From the NCBI GenBank assembly GCA_965246715.1, contig CBDFFH010000043.1, forward strand, positions 107,160-171,159: a stretch of DNA of 64,000 nt, given 5' to 3'. A program made the translations under genes and the position numbers. The notes under the pieces are model-generated. The model ran no database searches. It saw nothing but the letters and a program-made list of their open reading frames with translations, and was not told where the DNA came from. Each line of letters opens with the position of its first letter. Position 1 is the first letter of the stretch. Positions 62,690 to 64,000 of the stretch are shown here, piece after piece. This stretch comes from Chamaesiphon sp. GTDB taxonomy: Bacteria; Cyanobacteriota; Cyanobacteriia; Cyanobacteriales; Chamaesiphonaceae.

Positions 62690-63322
62690 GTGACAAAGTA
62701 TATATATCTGTATGGCGCAGGCGGACACTCAAAAGTTATTACTGATATTCTTCATAGCCTCGGGATCGAAGTAATCGGCATGTTTGATGATAATCCACCT
62801 GAAGCGAAATTTAAAGGGATGGAAATCCGCAATGGGATTAGATTGTTAGGCGAAGGATTTCCCAAGTTGGATGCGCCGCTAATCATTAGTGTTGGGAATA
62901 ACGCCAGACGTGCCGAACTTGCAACATTAATCGAGGCAACTTATGGAACGGCAATTCATGGCAGTGCGATCGTCTCCGCTAAGGCAATAATCGGTGTCGG
63001 CACTGTGATATTACAGGGTGCGATCGTCCAAGCCGGGGCCGAAATTGGCACTCATGTCCTCATCAACACTGCTGCGAGTATCGATCATGACAATATTATC
63101 GGCGACTATGTTCATGTCTCACCTCATGCTACATTGTGCGGTCATGTTACTGTCGGCGAGGGGACGCATATCGGTGCTGGTGCAACGGTGATTCCCAGTA
63201 TTCGGATCGGTAAATGGTGCACGATCGGTGCGGGAGCTGTAGTAATTAGGGATATCCCCGATTATGCTACTGCTGTTGGCAACCCAGCTAAAGTGATTAA
63301 AATTAAAGAACTACCTGTTTGA
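62690..63322 (+). CDS. NeuD/PglD family sugar acetyltransferase
   Basis: GAGGHSKV, hexapeptide repeats, GNPAK. Confidence 0.9.
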   Translation: MTKYIYLYGAGGHSKVITDILHSLGIEVIGMFDDNPPEAKFKGMEIRNGIRLLGEGFPKLDAPLIISVGNNARRAELATLIEATYGTAIHGSAIVSAKAIIGVGTVILQGAIVQAGAEIGTHVLINTAASIDHDNIIGDYVHVSPHATLCGHVTVGEGTHIGAGATVIPSIRIGKWCTIGAGAVVIRDIPDYATAVGNPAKVIKIKELPV

Positions 63323-63667
63323 GCTGCTCGGGGGCCTGATTTAGCTCGAGCCGAGCCGATCTCATCGAGTCGATATGCTACAATATATTTTCGATCGACG
63401 TAAAAATACATAATTGTGCTGAGTATCTAAGCATATTGAGATATTTTAAGTACGACAATTTGGCTATTTCGACCGAAGAATCACTGATTTAGCTGATTTC
63501 TAGAAATTATAAGTAAAGTTATAATTGAAATTAGTCAAGATCGATCGAGCACAATTTCTGTAGTAAAGAAATGTTGTGAGAAAGAGCTAAGCCAAGCCAA
63601 CGATCGATATCTAGATCGATGACAATACCGAGCGATAAACCTACCAACTATCAGCCGATCGACACCT

Positions 63668-64000
63668 ATGCAAGATTCGCGTTTGCCAATCACGACAAAA
63701 CCACAGGATGAAGCATACTATGATATCGCGATCGTTGGTGCGGGCATCTCATCGGCACATACACTAATTCACTATCTTGCATTATTGGAACAAAGATCGT
63801 TCGATCGTCCCGTGCGGATTATTGTTACCGAAAAATCGGGTGAGTTCTGGACGGGAATTCCCTATGGTCTTAAGTCGGGATGTGATTCTTTATTAATATC
63901 TTCATTAAAGGAATTTATTCCCCAACAACTAGAACGCGAGCAGTTTGTCAGCTGGTTGAATGAGAATTGCCACTGGATATTTGCTAGACAAAGATATCGA
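63668..64000 (+). CDS. FAD/NAD(P)-binding protein (runs off window end)
   Basis: Hand translation ...YDIAIVGAGISSAYT...EKSGEFWTGIPYG, open to the end of the window. Confidence 0.7.
   Translation, partial: MQDSRLPITTKPQDEAYYDIAIVGAGISSAHTLIHYLALLEQRSFDRPVRIIVTEKSGEFWTGIPYGLKSGCDSLLISSLKEFIPQQLEREQFVSWLNENCHWIFARQRYR

Noticed and set aside
1..64000. Very frequent CGATCG/GCGATCGC
   Set aside because: Ordinary cyanobacterial HIP1; useful only as a taxonomic hint
1..64000. CRISPR array, tRNA or rRNA genes
   Set aside because: No regularly spaced direct repeats or recognisable structural RNA genes seen by eye

Overview
Cyanobacterial chromosomal window with very dense CGATCG/GCGATCGC (HIP1) sites; a Chamaesiphon-like host is a guess from that density only. 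It contains a mycosporine sunscreen cluster (mysABCD), two large sensor kinases, petN, a divergent hopanoid cluster (hpnH, hpnA, RND pump / ferritin-like protein, hpnG-like, shc, squalene synthase), psbB-psbT-nrdR-mtnA, clpS, cobM, a Wzx/Wzy polysaccharide cluster and gap2. The main finding is at 27.45-30.9 kb, between the two hopanoid operons. An IS5-type remnant carries a REP-bearing MITE. An IS110 (IS621-like) element has inserted into that REP at a CT core. Its bridge RNA can be read from the sequence: target guides ATTGCCCCT/GTAG match the REP, donor guides ACAGTATC/TACAAG match the element's circle junction, and the junction creates a TTGACT-N17-TATCCT promoter. A 213-bp MITE sits in the short linker between the target-binding and donor-binding loops and leaves both intact. 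An empty copy of the target MITE lies at 16902-17083. All calls come from reading the sequence by eye; no searches or folding were run.
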